64,000 nucleotides of DNA from NCBI GenBank assembly GCA_965204745.1, contig OZ242010.1, positions 5,056,001 to 5,120,000 on the forward strand. The letters run 5' to 3'. The notes under the pieces are model-generated. The model was given only the letters and a program-made list of their open reading frames with translations. It ran no database searches and was not told the DNA's origin. A program made the translations under genes and the position numbers. The stretch comes from Candidatus Latescibacterota bacterium (lineage in GTDB: Bacteria > Latescibacterota > UBA2968). Shown in pieces: positions 28,601 through 39,433 of this stretch. Position 1 is the stretch's first letter. Every line of letters starts with the position of its first letter.

Positions 28601-31600
28601 TGGCGTTGATTACGCCCAATGTCTCGATGGTGGATGCACTGGAATTTGCGCCGAACAGCCCGATGTCGTCGGTGCCGGTTCTATTGATGACCAGGTTGTC
28701 TATGGTGAAGCCGTTGCCTTTGAAATTGCCTGAGTACTGGTTGCGGTTGCCGGAGTCGCCGCCGATTGGCTCCCAACCCGTGCCGCTGTTCCAGTACGCG
28801 CCGCTGTGGTCGTTGGCGTCCACATCGCCGTCGCTGTCGCTGTCGAAGTCAAGGCTGGCGGCGAGTTCGTAGCCGGTGCAACCGGTGGCAGGGCAACCCC
28901 TTGAGACTGAAGCGTCGGGAAAGGCGGTGTTGTAGGCGGTCGTATCGTTGGTCGAGGCACTTGCGTCGATGGCGCCATCGCCATTGAGATCCCAGCGCAC
29001 GGCGTTGAGTTGTGCCAAGGACGAGACCTCGATGAGGCCATCGCTATCCGTGTCGTAATGCACGGGTTGGGCAGCGTACTGCACCGTGGTGTCCATGTCG
29101 GCAAACTTCAAGACCGGATACTGCTTTGTCGTACCAAAGGTCCAGGGATCATCATCGTTGGCCCCCAAAGCATCTATGGTCAGATCGTCCCAGTTGGCAT
29201 AGATGCCACTCGCAGACGTGACCGATTGTAAGTCGGCAGTCGGCTTGCCCTCCGGCGCAACAGTATCGCTATCATCGGCAATGTCGCTTTCTTGTGTGTC
29301 CCAGTAGCTATCGGTCACTGTACCTGAGTTTTCCGCCAGCCCATGCTTGTTCGGGCAGGCCCCCGTTACTGAGCCTGTTGAATAGCTCGACGCTATCGTC
29401 GCACCGGCACCATTGGCACCCACCAACCCACCGCCAGTGGAGTATGTACCCCCCGCATTGCACACCACAGGCGCCGTGGCGTAACTCGCCACGATGTACG
29501 ACCCCCTCTGAGCGGCACCCACCAACCCGCCGACATTGGTGTTCGCCGTGACCGACCCCGTGACGTAACTCGCCGCGATCCGACCCTTGTTCAGACCCAC
29601 CAGCGCGCCCACCGTGCCCTGACCCGTATTGATCACCGCGTTGACCAACCCCAAAGAGCGGATGTGGGCAGTGGTGTCCGTGCTTGCGAAAAATCCCGAA
29701 TAGTTGATGTAGCGGTTGATGTACAGGTGGGAGATCGTCTTGCCGTTGCCCTCAAACGTGGCGGTGTACGGGACGGTGTTGCTACCGATGGGTGCCCAGC
29801 CGGAGCCGCCATTCCAGTAGGTGGCGTCTGCTAAGGTGATCTGGTCATCGTTGTTCTCGTCAAAGTCCAGGTCGGCGAGCAGTTCGTAGCCGGTGCATCC
29901 CGAGAGGCAACCCATGCGGGTGGCGGTGTCCCGGTTTGGAAAAGCGGTGTTGTAGGCGGTCGTATCGGCGGTCGAGGCACTTGCGTCTATGGCACCATCG
30001 CCATCGATATCCCAGCGCATGGCGTTGAGTTGCGCCAGCGTGGTGATAGCGATGAGGCCATCGCCATCGGTATCGTAATTGGTGAGACCTGTAGTGCCCA
30101 TGACCTCGACCGAGGTTCCATCGCGCACACCGGTCTTGCTGGCAATGACACGCACTGTGTAGGTCGTCCCCGACGCCAAGGGAATCTTGTAGCGCGTAGC
30201 CGTGGTGGTGGCCTCACGCGCGGCGTCGTAGCTTTGCATGCCGGATTTCCACTGCACGGTGTATCCCGTCGCTTGACTCGCCGCACGCCAGCCCACGTAC
30301 AAGGTGTCCCCATTGGACGTCACTGCCACACCCGTCGGTATGCTCGGTTGCAACGCAAATTGCGCGGTGGTGTCCAGGCCGGCATACTTCAAGACCGGAT
30401 ACTGATTCGTCGCGCCAAAGTACCACGGATCGTCGTTGCCCGTTTGCCCGTCCAGGTTCAGGTTCCAGTTGGCGTAGATGCCACCGGCGGTATAGCCGGT
30501 GGGGGATTGGAGATCGCTGGTGGTCCGTCCTGAGCCGCCGCCGGGGCTTGTGTTCCGGTTGCTGGTTTGGGTGTCCCAGTAGCTGTTGGACACGCTACCA
30601 AAGGTAAAGTAGCCTATTAGCCCGCCGATGAGGTTTCCTGTGCCGCTGACGGCGCCGATGGAGTATGAGTTTATTATAGAGCCGTTAAACCGAAATCCCA
30701 GCAGACCGCCGGTCTCGGGACCTCCGCTGACGGACGCGGTGGAGTAGCTCGTGGTGATGCTTCCCGAATGCTGGTAGCCGACCAGTCCGCCGCTGGAAGT
30801 GCCGCTGGCGGTGACCGCGCCGGTGGTGTAGCAGGCGACGATGTTGCCTTCATTTCTGCCGATCAGAATGCCGGTATATGCCTGTCCCGTTACATTGGCG
30901 TTGATTACGCCTAGGGTTTCGATACGGGAGCTGGTGCTATTGTTGCCGAACAGCCCGACCTGGCTTATGTTGTTTCGGCTGATGAACAGGTTGTTGATCG
31001 TGTAGCCGTTGCCCTTGAAATTGCCCGTGTATTTGTTGGCGTTTGTGCCGATGGGGGACCAGCCGGCGCCGCTGTTCCAGTAGGTGGCGTCTGCTGAGGT
31101 GATCTGGTCATCGTTGTTCTCGTCAAAGTCCAGGTTGTTGAGCAACTCGTAGCCGGTGCAACCGCCGGTGGCCGGGCAACCCATCCGGCCGCTACTGGCG
31201 GTAATGTCGCCGCCGGGAAAGGCGTTAGCATAGGCGATGGTGTCGGCGTTGGTGCCGGTGGGCAGGCCATCGCCGTTCAAATCGTAGCGGATGGCGTTTA
31301 ACTGCAACAGGGAAGTCACGTCAATCAGGCCGTTGTTGTCGCTGTCGTGGTCAACTACCCGCTGGCTGGGGGTTCTCAGGGTTGGGTACTGGCTGGTGGT
31401 GCCGAAGTTCCACGGGTTGTCGGGTACGCGATCACTGTCCATATCTACGTTCCAGTTGGCGTAGATGCCGGTGTAGCCGGTGGGAGATTGGAGCGCGTTG
31501 GTGAGTTGTCCCGTGCCGGCGTCGCTGTTCCCCAAGTTGCTGGTTTGGGTGTCCCAGTAGCTAGCGATTGCGTTGGCCCCTATGGAGCCGCCTAACAGGC

Positions 31601-32386
31601 CGCCGACTTCGGCGCTCCCGCTGACTCTGCCGGTGGCGTAGGAGTTTGTTATAGAGCCGGCACGCTAAATCCCACAAGGCCGCCGACTTCGGTAGTTCCG
31701 CTGACGGATGCAGTGGAGTAGCTTGTGGTGATAGACCCTCGGTTCAGGTATCCGACCAATCCGCCGCTGCCGAAGCCGCGGGCGGTGACCGAGCCGGTGG
31801 TGTAACAGGCGACGACGGCGGCGCCGCGGTTATAGCCTACCAAGATGGCACTATGTTGCCTCCCCGTTATGGTGGCGTTGGTTACGCCTAGGGTTTCGAC
31901 ACGGCTACCGGATTCAATCTCGCCGAACAGCCCTATGTAGTTGGTGGTGCGGCGGTTGATGAACAGGTTGTCGATGGTGAAGCCGTTGCCCTTGAAATCG
32001 CCTGTGTACTTGTTGGTGTCGTTGCCGATGGGCAGCCAGCCGTCGCCGCTGTTCCAGTATGCGTCGGCGGAGTTGGCAGAGCCGCCGCCGTCGGTGTCAA
32101 GGTCGATGTTGGCGGTGAGTTCGTAGCCGGTGCAGGTGGAGGCGCAACCCATGCCCGAAGCGGCGTTGGGAAAGGCGGCGTTGTAGTTCGTGGTATCCGT
32201 AGCGGCTACGGTACCATCGCCATTGAGGTCCCAGCGAACGGCGTTGAGTTGAGCGTGGGTGGACACCTCAATGTAGTTGTCGTTGTCCGTATCGTAGTCG
32301 GTTTGGGCAAAAGCCGGCCCCGATGCCATCAGCATGCCCAGCACGACCATAGCCAACAAGCGAGTTCTGAAAAGGGCGGTAATCAC
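25632..32386 (-). pseudogene. Giant secreted surface protein (~2240 aa): GLUG-like beta-helix repeats, FN3, Ig-like/Calx-beta repeats, duplicated dockerin-like tail; one frameshift near 31663
   Basis: GTG 32386 with GGGAGG RBS and signal peptide (..PAFAQ). ORF 31649-32467 continues in another frame (GSITNSYATG..SYWDTQTS) into ORF 25632-31535. May be a sequencing indel. Confidence 0.8.
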
Positions 32387-32577
32387 CTGAAACCTCCCAA
32401 AAAAATATAACGAGTTGTGCAGGCATGGCTTTTGCCTGCGGGTGCCAAATAACGATGATGGAGACAAGCTAAGGTACCACGTCGTTTCTTGTCAAGGGGA
32501 ATTGGGCCTATGGACCTACCCCCCTGGCCCCGTTACTCGCTTCGCTTCGTTGTAGGCTACGCCTGTGCCTGCGAGGA

Positions 32578-33029
32578 AGATACTCTCTTAAAGGTCAAGG
32601 GATTTGCGCGGTGATTCGATAGAATTTTTCGCCCTCAAAATCTTGGTCATGCCGCAACATGCCCCAGATCGAATGGCGTAGGGGGCTATAATTATAGCCC
32701 CCTACTTTCGCATCACCGCAACGATAGCCTGCAAAGGTTTCTTGCCGCGGGCGATGAGTTGGTCATAGAAGGCTTTGACATGGGCTTCGTGCCTGCTGGC
32801 CACCCAGGCAGGTATAGAGAGGGCATGGCGGAGATACTTATTCCCGGTTTTCGAGTGGTTGCGGCTCTGTTCGCAGATGATCGCCTGCTTGAGTTGGTCA
32901 ATCCGTCTGGTCAGGGCTTGCTGTTGGCGCAGGGGTGAATAATTATTCGCCCCTACTCGCTCGGCGCTTGCCAAGGCATAAACGGCATGCGCTCGGCATC
33001 ATCGAGGATCAACAACGCATCCTTCGCAT
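32578..33029 (-). mobile_element. Degenerate IS110 copy (right end plus deleted transposase fragments, two REP-like insertions)
   Basis: Right end TTGACC..AGAGTAT-CT essentially identical to the intact copy; coding fragments homologous to 20864-21560 with a ~310-bp internal deletion. Confidence 0.85.
32678..32705. repeat. REP-like perfect 28-bp palindrome GTAGGGGGCTATAATTATAGCCCCCTAC (relative at 32929-32956)
   Basis: GTAG...CTAC ends; absent from the intact IS110 copy. Confidence 0.8.
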
Positions 33030-33093
33030 TTTAGAACAGCAACGAGACATTGCCCCCCTCCTCATCGGGATCGCGGATCACCGAGAAATGCAC

Positions 33094-33387
33094 TCACGCA
33101 GCCGACTTGCCCGACTGCCGCACCTTTTTCAGCGCGGACATCCACGTCAACTCATAGACCACCAGCGCGCCGCGCCAGACATCCACGTTTTCAAGCCCGC
33201 TTTGCACCAATCGCGCAGCCTGTTCAATGGTCGCTTCTGCGGCCTTGACCTCGGGCTGATCGGCCACGACTTTCATGGGAATGGGGCCATAAGCAGCGCG
33301 CACGCGATTGATCACCTCGCTGACTTCCCGACAAAATTGGGTGATGGACCGGGAACCAATAGCCGACATGGGAACGATGCGTCTCAT
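33094..33387 (-). CDS. Hypothetical protein (97 aa)
   Basis: AAAGGAG RBS before ATG 33387; amphipathic helical sequence; no recognised motif. Confidence 0.6.
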   Translation of the reverse strand: MRRIVPMSAIGSRSITQFCREVSEVINRVRAAYGPIPMKVVADQPEVKAAEATIEQAARLVQSGLENVDVWRGALVVYELTWMSALKKVRQSGKSAA

Positions 33388-33550
33388 GGGAACCTCTCCT
33401 TTTGAATGACGAGAAATGCAACCGTTATCTTCCATTTTCCAACCGCCATAATATAGTGAACATTTGTGTATCCGTCAAGGCTAAAAACGCGCCAAAAAAA
33501 ACTTTCCCTCAATCCCCTGCGATATTATCTTCTCCCTCAAAAAAGGACTA

Positions 33551-33697
33551 CACGCTCAAGAATGCGTTGAATTTGCCCGCGCTGTCGCCGAAGGCAAGCC
33601 CTCGCCCGTGCCGGCCGAACAATCGCTACAAGTCATGGCGATTCTCGACGGCATTTATCGCAGCCAAGAAATCGGCGGCGAAGTCAAAATCGCATAG
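33551..33697 (+). pseudogene. C-terminal remnant of a Gfo/Idh/MocA oxidoreductase
   Basis: HAQECVEFARAVAEGKPSPVPAEQSLQVMAILDGIYRSQEIGGEVKIA-stop with no in-frame N-terminal part. Confidence 0.7.
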
Positions 33698-33706
33698 GGA
33701 AACGCC

Positions 33707-34327
33707 GTGATCTTTTTATCGACCATCGTCGGCCCGCTCGACGTCAACTGCTATCTCCTCGCGTGCGAAGAAACGCGCAAGGGTATCGTCGTCGATCCCG
33801 GCGACGATATCGACGCCATCCTGCAACTCATCGCAAATAACGATCTCGACATCGTGGAAATCGTCGCCACGCACGGGCATTTTGACCACATTGGCCGCGT
33901 CGCATCGCTCAAAAAAAAATCGGGCGCGCCATTCGCCATCCACAAAGCCGACCTGTTCATGATCGAGGGGCTTGCAGACATCGCGGCATTTCTCGGCTTT
34001 CAAACCGATCCGCCGCCCGCTGTCGAGCGTTTCATCGACGAAGGCGATACCATTGCCTTTGGTCGCGAAACCCTGAACGTCCTCCATGTCCCTGGCCACG
34101 CGCCCGGCAATATCGCGCTCACCTGGCCGGGTCACGCCATTATCGGCGACACGGTTTTCGCAGGCTCCATTGGCAGAACCGACCTCGAAGGCGCGGACTT
34201 ACAAACCCTGATGCACTCGATTCGCACCAAAATCCTCACCCTGCCCGGCGATACCATTCTCCATCCCGGGCATGGGCCAACCACAACGGTTGATCGCGAA
34301 AAACGCATCAATCCATTTCTGGCGTGA
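33707..34327 (+). CDS. MBL-fold metallo-hydrolase (glyoxalase II-like)
   Basis: NCYL, VDPG, THGHFDH, PGHAPG, GD..F.GSIGRTD, PGHG. Confidence 0.92.
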   Translation: MIFLSTIVGPLDVNCYLLACEETRKGIVVDPGDDIDAILQLIANNDLDIVEIVATHGHFDHIGRVASLKKKSGAPFAIHKADLFMIEGLADIAAFLGFQTDPPPAVERFIDEGDTIAFGRETLNVLHVPGHAPGNIALTWPGHAIIGDTVFAGSIGRTDLEGADLQTLMHSIRTKILTLPGDTILHPGHGPTTTVDREKRINPFLA

Positions 34328-34374
34328 TGCGGTCAGTTCCCGCCCAACAGCCCATCCACAAGTAAGAAGCAAGA

Positions 34375-34456
34375 GGTGAGAGGCAAGACGGGAGAAGACC
34401 TACACTCACGGCTCGCCTTTGAACTGGCTATCGCCAGTTGCATCCCGCTCGTGGCT
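34375..34456 (+). repeat. Repeat family D (~80 bp), left direct repeat of the Uma2 gene
   Basis: Matches 35106-35185 and 51046-51115; partial inverted copies near 48560-48622 and 11650-11678. Confidence 0.82.
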
Positions 34457-34490
34457 AAACTTCCATCTTGCTTCTCAAGGAGGTGTTCTT

Positions 34491-35060
34491 ATGACTTCAC
34501 CAACCGCATCGCTCGTTCGCAGAATGTCTTTGGTAGAATTTCTCGCCGCGGACGAAGACGAAATCGGCCCGAAGTGCGAACTCGAATACGGGGAGGTAAT
34601 AGAACTCATGCGACCGACATTTGAACACAACGAACTCATCCTCAGCCTCTCTGGCATCTTGCTCCCGCACATTCGCGCAAACAACTTGGGTCGCCTCAGC
34701 CAAGACATCATCGTCGTGCTCGACGAAGACCGGGAATTGGCTTACGCGCCCGACCTCGTATTCGTCGCCGCCGAACACCTACACCGCATTCGGGATGGTC
34801 GCGTCTATGGCGCGCCCGACCTCGTCGTCGAAATCCTGTCGCCATCCACAGCCAGCCGCGATCACCTCACCAAACTCGATGCTTACCTCAAAAGCGGCAT
34901 TCCATGGTATTGGATCGCAGACCCCCAAGGGCCTGGCATTGAAGAATACCGCGCCACTGACGGGGGCTATCTCCGCACGACAACCGTTGAATCCAACGAC
35001 ATTTTTCAACCCGGCATTTTCCCGGGTCTAACCATCGACATGGCAACCCTCATTCCTTGA
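34491..35060 (+). CDS. Uma2 (DUF820) putative endonuclease
   Basis: ELEYG, P...H, APDL.FV, GAPDLVVEILSPST...D...K...Y...GIP.YWIADP; AAGGAGG RBS. Confidence 0.92.
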   Translation: MTSPTASLVRRMSLVEFLAADEDEIGPKCELEYGEVIELMRPTFEHNELILSLSGILLPHIRANNLGRLSQDIIVVLDEDRELAYAPDLVFVAAEHLHRIRDGRVYGAPDLVVEILSPSTASRDHLTKLDAYLKSGIPWYWIADPQGPGIEEYRATDGGYLRTTTVESNDIFQPGIFPGLTIDMATLIP

Positions 35061-35105
35061 CCGCTTCTTGTCTCTCTGGGCGAGCACAGAGGCATCGCCC
35101 AAAAA

Positions 35106-35325
35106 GGTGAGAGGCAAGACGGGAGAAGACCTACACTCACGGCTCGCCTTTGAACGGGCTATCGCCATGTACCCCGCTCGTGGCTCACTTCAGGTTGGGT
35201 GGTCGGTGGGGACTCAAAAGCCTTGACACTCTCCTCTCGATTCACCACGCTCACTTCAGGTTGGGTGTCGGGTGGGGACTGACAACTGACAACTGACAAC
35301 TGACAACTGACAACTGCCCCTTGCC
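35106..35325. repeat. Family D copy, a ~32-bp duplication (35183 and 35249) and a (TGACAAC)5 heptamer array
   Basis: Direct reading. Confidence 0.75.
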
Positions 35326-35361
35326 TTCTAACTGATCCTCACTTTCAAAAGGATTCTCACC

Positions 35362-36864
35362 ATGGACATCACCACCACTATCGGCGATATTCTCGAACGA
35401 GACACAGACGCCATTGTGCTCAACCTCTTTGAAGGCGTCACAGAACCGGGCGGCGCGACAGGCGCGGCAAATCGGGCATTGGATGGCCTGATCGCGGACC
35501 TCATCGCGGGCGGCGACTTCAGCGGCAAATTCAAACAAACCGCCGTGCTGTATCCCCATCAGGGCGTGGCCTCGTCGCGCCTCATCCTCGTCGGCTTGGG
35601 CAACCGCGAAGACTTCTCGCTCAACCGCGTGCGCTTGGCCTCTGCCTCTGCGGCCCGAGAAGCCATCAAGCGCGGCGCCAAAACCCTCGCCTCCATCATC
35701 CACGGCGGCGGTATTGGCGGCCTCGACATTTCAGACGCGGCGCAGGCCACAGTCGAAGGCGCGATTCTCGGCAATTACAACTTCACCGCGTACAAAACAG
35801 ACGAGGACGATCCCAAACGCCTCGACGCATTTGCGCTGGTCGAATTTGACGCATCCAAACAAACCGCTGCCGAAGCGGGCGCGAGAGCTGGGCAAATCAT
35901 CGCCGAAAGCGCGTGTTTCGCCCGCGACTTGGGCAACACCCCCGGCAATGACTTGCCCCCGGCAACCCTCGCGGACCGCGCTTTGGAAATGGCCCGCGAC
36001 ACCGGCTTGTCCTGCGAAATTTTTGACGAACAGCGCATTTTAGACGAAGGCATGAACGCACTCAGCGCAGTGGGGCAGGGCAGCGTCCGGCCGCCGCGGT
36101 TCGTCATTTTAGAACACGCGGGCGCAGATCCCGAAGCCGCGCCCATCGTCTTCATCGGCAAGGGCATCACCTTTGACACGGGTGGCATTTCCCTCAAAGG
36201 CGGCGACAGCATGTGGGATATGAAATTCGACATGAGCGGCGCGTCCGCTGTCATTGGTGCGATGCGCGCCGTGGCAAAACTCGATCTTCCCCAGCGCGTC
36301 ATCGGCTTGGTCGCCGCAGCGGAAAACATGCCCGACGGCAGGGCCTATCGCCCCGGCGACATCTTGCATCCCCTGGGCGAGAAAACCGTCGAGATTCGCA
36401 GCACGGACGCCGAAGGCCGCCTCGTCCTCATCGACGCCCTCGCATACTGTGCGCGCTACAACCCCAAAGCCGCTATCGATCTCGCCACGCTCACCGGCGC
36501 GTGCGTCATCGCGCTTGGCAACGAAACCAGCGGCCTGATGGGCAATGACGATGATCTCATCGCCCAAATCCACGAGGCGGGCAACCGCACGGGCGAAAGC
36601 GCGTGGCATTTGCCCATCTTTGACGATCACCGGGACCTCATCAAAAGCAAGGTCGCGGACCTCAAAAACACGGGGGGGCGTCCCGCGGGCACACTCACCG
36701 CCGCTGCTTTTCTCGAGGCTTACGTCCAAGACTTCCCCTGGGCACACCTCGACATCGCCGGTACGGCTTGGGCGGATTCCGACAAACCCGACACCCCTAT
36801 CGGCGCGACAGGCGTTGGCGTGCGGTTGCTGATCGATTTCTTGAGGCATGGATCAACGGCGTGA
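35362..36864 (+). CDS. pepA: Leucyl aminopeptidase (M17)
   Basis: GKGITFDTGG, MKFDMSG, AENMP, STDAEGRL, ATLTGA, WAHLDIAG. Confidence 0.95.
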   Translation: MDITTTIGDILERDTDAIVLNLFEGVTEPGGATGAANRALDGLIADLIAGGDFSGKFKQTAVLYPHQGVASSRLILVGLGNREDFSLNRVRLASASAAREAIKRGAKTLASIIHGGGIGGLDISDAAQATVEGAILGNYNFTAYKTDEDDPKRLDAFALVEFDASKQTAAEAGARAGQIIAESACFARDLGNTPGNDLPPATLADRALEMARDTGLSCEIFDEQRILDEGMNALSAVGQGSVRPPRFVILEHAGADPEAAPIVFIGKGITFDTGGISLKGGDSMWDMKFDMSGASAVIGAMRAVAKLDLPQRVIGLVAAAENMPDGRAYRPGDILHPLGEKTVEIRSTDAEGRLVLIDALAYCARYNPKAAIDLATLTGACVIALGNETSGLMGNDDDLIAQIHEAGNRTGESAWHLPIFDDHRDLIKSKVADLKNTGGRPAGTLTAAAFLEAYVQDFPWAHLDIAGTAWADSDKPDTPIGATGVGVRLLIDFLRHGSTA

Positions 36865-36866
36865 AC

Positions 36867-36893
36867 AAAAAAAAGCCGGGGATAAACCCCGGC
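36867..36893. terminator. Terminator hairpin between convergent genes
   Basis: AAAAAAA-GCCGGGG/CCCCGGC. Confidence 0.65.
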
Positions 36894-36921
36894 GCGGTTC
36901 AAAGCCTTTGAATCCGCCTTC

Positions 36922-37470
36922 TCAATCTCCTTCGCCCAAAGAAAACTGCAACCCCGCGTGCAATCCAAAATTATTTGTCGAACCGGTCGCAAACGCTCGA
37001 AACCACCGCCCTTGCACAAATACGCCCATATTTTCTGCAACATCAAACCGCATGCCGCCTCCGACGGCGATCATCGCCTCGGTCCTTGTTCCCTTCCCGC
37101 CCGTGGGTACGCGGACTAGCGTTTCGCCAACTATCGTTTCGATAAACAGCGGAAATCCCCGTGCGTGGAGTATCCCGCCGCCAACCCCAAAAAATACCGT
37201 GCCGTATTGGTCGGACAAAGGGGCTTTGTAAATCAGGCTGAGACCTGCGGGGATTTCAGAAATGCCGCTCTTCCGGTAAAACTCGACAAAAGGCGCCAAA
37301 TACGTGGGATACGTATCGCCAATGGGAATCTCCACAGACAGGTACCCGCCGCCGCGTCTGGGATCAAACAGCATCCCGCCGCTCGCCTTGACATCCACTT
37401 GGGCACCTGCCTGACCGACCAGTGCGACCGCGAAAACAAAAAACACCCAAATCATTGATTTCATAACCAT
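36922..37470 (-). CDS. Outer-membrane beta-barrel protein
   Basis: Signal peptide ..AGAQ; alternating beta strands; FGVGGG, GGGMRF, GLHAGLQF. Confidence 0.7.
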   Translation of the reverse strand: MVMKSMIWVFFVFAVALVGQAGAQVDVKASGGMLFDPRRGGGYLSVEIPIGDTYPTYLAPFVEFYRKSGISEIPAGLSLIYKAPLSDQYGTVFFGVGGGILHARGFPLFIETIVGETLVRVPTGGKGTRTEAMIAVGGGMRFDVAENMGVFVQGRWFRAFATGSTNNFGLHAGLQFSLGEGD

Positions 37471-37542
37471 TCTCCTTTTTTTTGAACATCGACAAAACCC
37501 CGTCAAAAATCAAACGAAAAACGAAGTAGTCAGTGGTCAGTA

Positions 37543-37905
37543 GGTTCTGTTGACATTTACGAGCAATGTAACTGGAATTGAGCGGTTTATCGGGAAAATC
37601 AAGCCCTATCGGGACCTACCCCCCTGGCCCCCCTTCCTACAAGGAAGGGGGGAATGGCGAGCGGTTTTGCGAGGGGATAGGATGAGGGATTTTTAATCGC
37701 TTTATGCCCTCGGTCAATGCCATCAGAGCAACCCTTGATAGAAGCCATCAAGGGAGCTTTACTCCCCTTTCCTCGTAGGAAAGGGGCCGGGGGATAGGTC
37801 CCCTCTCGCAATGCCATCAAAGAAACTTTACTCCCCTTTCCTCGTAGGCACAGGCGTAGCCTACAATGAGCGAAGCGAATAACGGGGCCGGGGGATAGGT
37901 CCCCT
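37543..37905 (-). mobile_element. MITE family A, partial inverted copy
   Basis: TA-GGTTCTGTTGACATTTACGAGCAA is the reverse complement of the right end of 22266-22711. Confidence 0.75.
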
Positions 37906-37929
37906 CGGTCTTCGCAGAAAGGAGTTCGC

Positions 37930-38559
37930 GTGCCGACCGACCTCATTTTGATCTGCCATGGGCATACCGCAAAACGCGATGGCGAACGCCGTTATGGCTG
38001 GTGGGCCGATAGGCCGCTCTCGCGGCGGGGCAAACGACAAGCCATGCTCATCGGCGAACGCCTGCGAAATGACTTTGACATTCGCGCCCTGTACACCAGC
38101 CCACAGCGATGCACCCGGCAAACCGCCGAGCGAATAGGCGATTTGGTCCACGTCGTACCCCAAGTGGAAGATGACCTGCGCGAACTCGAAAGCGGGGACT
38201 TGGCGACCCTCTCATGCAAAGAGGCGCGAGAATATTATCCCGGGGTGCTCGAAGGCCAATCCCCGGAACAAGCGCGGGTTCCGGGCAGCGAAACAGACGC
38301 CGATATGCACAATCGCGTTGCCCGCGCCGTGAGTCGGATCGTCCACCTATCGCCCGATCGGCAAGTTGCGTGCGTCGCGCATAGCCGACCGATTGTCGCG
38401 TGTTTGCAAGCGATCATGGGCTACATGCCCGAACACGAGAACAAACCGCAATTCGCGTGTCGCGTAGCCGCCATCCACCAGTTGCAACTCGATCCCACAG
38501 GCGACCCCACCTTCATCGCCCTCAACGACGCGGCCCACCTCGCAAACCTTCCCACCTAA
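37930..38559 (+). CDS. Histidine phosphatase (phosphoglycerate mutase-like) family protein with a degenerate RHG motif
   Basis: LILICHGHT, D.PLS..G..QA, SP..C..QTA, LRE...G, VAHS. Confidence 0.8.
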   Translation: MPTDLILICHGHTAKRDGERRYGWWADRPLSRRGKRQAMLIGERLRNDFDIRALYTSPQRCTRQTAERIGDLVHVVPQVEDDLRELESGDLATLSCKEAREYYPGVLEGQSPEQARVPGSETDADMHNRVARAVSRIVHLSPDRQVACVAHSRPIVACLQAIMGYMPEHENKPQFACRVAAIHQLQLDPTGDPTFIALNDAAHLANLPT

Positions 38560-38585
38560 TCGGCCCAAGGGCCTCGCGTTTCCAT

Positions 38586-39416
38586 TCACGGATACGTGAG
38601 GCCGAGCATCTCGCGGGCATCGTTTGGCGTGGCGATCTCGCCCTGAAGTTTCTCCACGATCCCGGCCGCGAGATCGACCATCTGGGCATTGCTATTGAGC
38701 AACACGCCCCGCCGCAGATAAATATTGTCCTCAAAACCCACGCGCATGTGCCCGCCCATCAGACAGGCCATCGTCACCATGGGCAACTGCGCCTTGCCCA
38801 CGCCGAGGGCTGACCAGATCACATCGGGTGGCAACAGGCTCTTCATGAAAATCAAGTTTTCCGGCGTGGCTTCAATGCCCCATCCGGGCCCCATGCACAA
38901 CTGGATGAAGGGCGGATCCTCAAACGCGCCATCCTCGATCATGCGCTTGGCCTGACGGATATGCCCCGCGTCGAAAACCTCGATCTCCGGTTTGACCTGG
39001 TGCTCGCGCATGCGCTTTGCCGCGGCGATCCCCCAGTCCGGGGGGTTCATAAAAATCCGATTGCCAAAATTCAGCGAACCGATATCGAGCGAGCAGATTT
39101 CGGGCTTGAGGGTTACGGGCTCGAGGCGTTCTTCGATGATGTTCTCGCCTTTGATATTGCCACCACTCGTCGTCAGATTGATGGCGATGTCGCACGCTTG
39201 CCGAATGCGGTCCACCACTTCTGCGAACAATTCGAGCCGCGAACTCACGATGCCGGTTTCGGGATCGCGCACATGGATATGCGTAATCGCCGCGCCGGCC
39301 TCGTGGCATTCAATAGCGGCATCTGCAATTTCTTTTGGGGTATAAGGCACTGCGGGATTCATCTCTTTCGTCGGCCCCGACCCCACGACTGCGACCGAAA
39401 TGATCGTTTTATCCAT
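38586..39416 (-). CDS. Beta-keto acid cleavage enzyme (BKACE / 3-keto-5-aminohexanoate cleavage family)
   Basis: [42 protein letters not shown]. Confidence 0.9.
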   Translation of the reverse strand: MDKTIISVAVVGSGPTKEMNPAVPYTPKEIADAAIECHEAGAAITHIHVRDPETGIVSSRLELFAEVVDRIRQACDIAINLTTSGGNIKGENIIEERLEPVTLKPEICSLDIGSLNFGNRIFMNPPDWGIAAAKRMREHQVKPEIEVFDAGHIRQAKRMIEDGAFEDPPFIQLCMGPGWGIEATPENLIFMKSLLPPDVIWSALGVGKAQLPMVTMACLMGGHMRVGFEDNIYLRRGVLLNSNAQMVDLAAGIVEKLQGEIATPNDAREMLGLTYP

Positions 39417-39433
39417 TGCGATTCCCCTGTCTT

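Noticed and set aside
31649-31670. Programmed ribosomal frameshift in the adhesin
   Set aside because: No slippery heptamer or homopolymer at the break.
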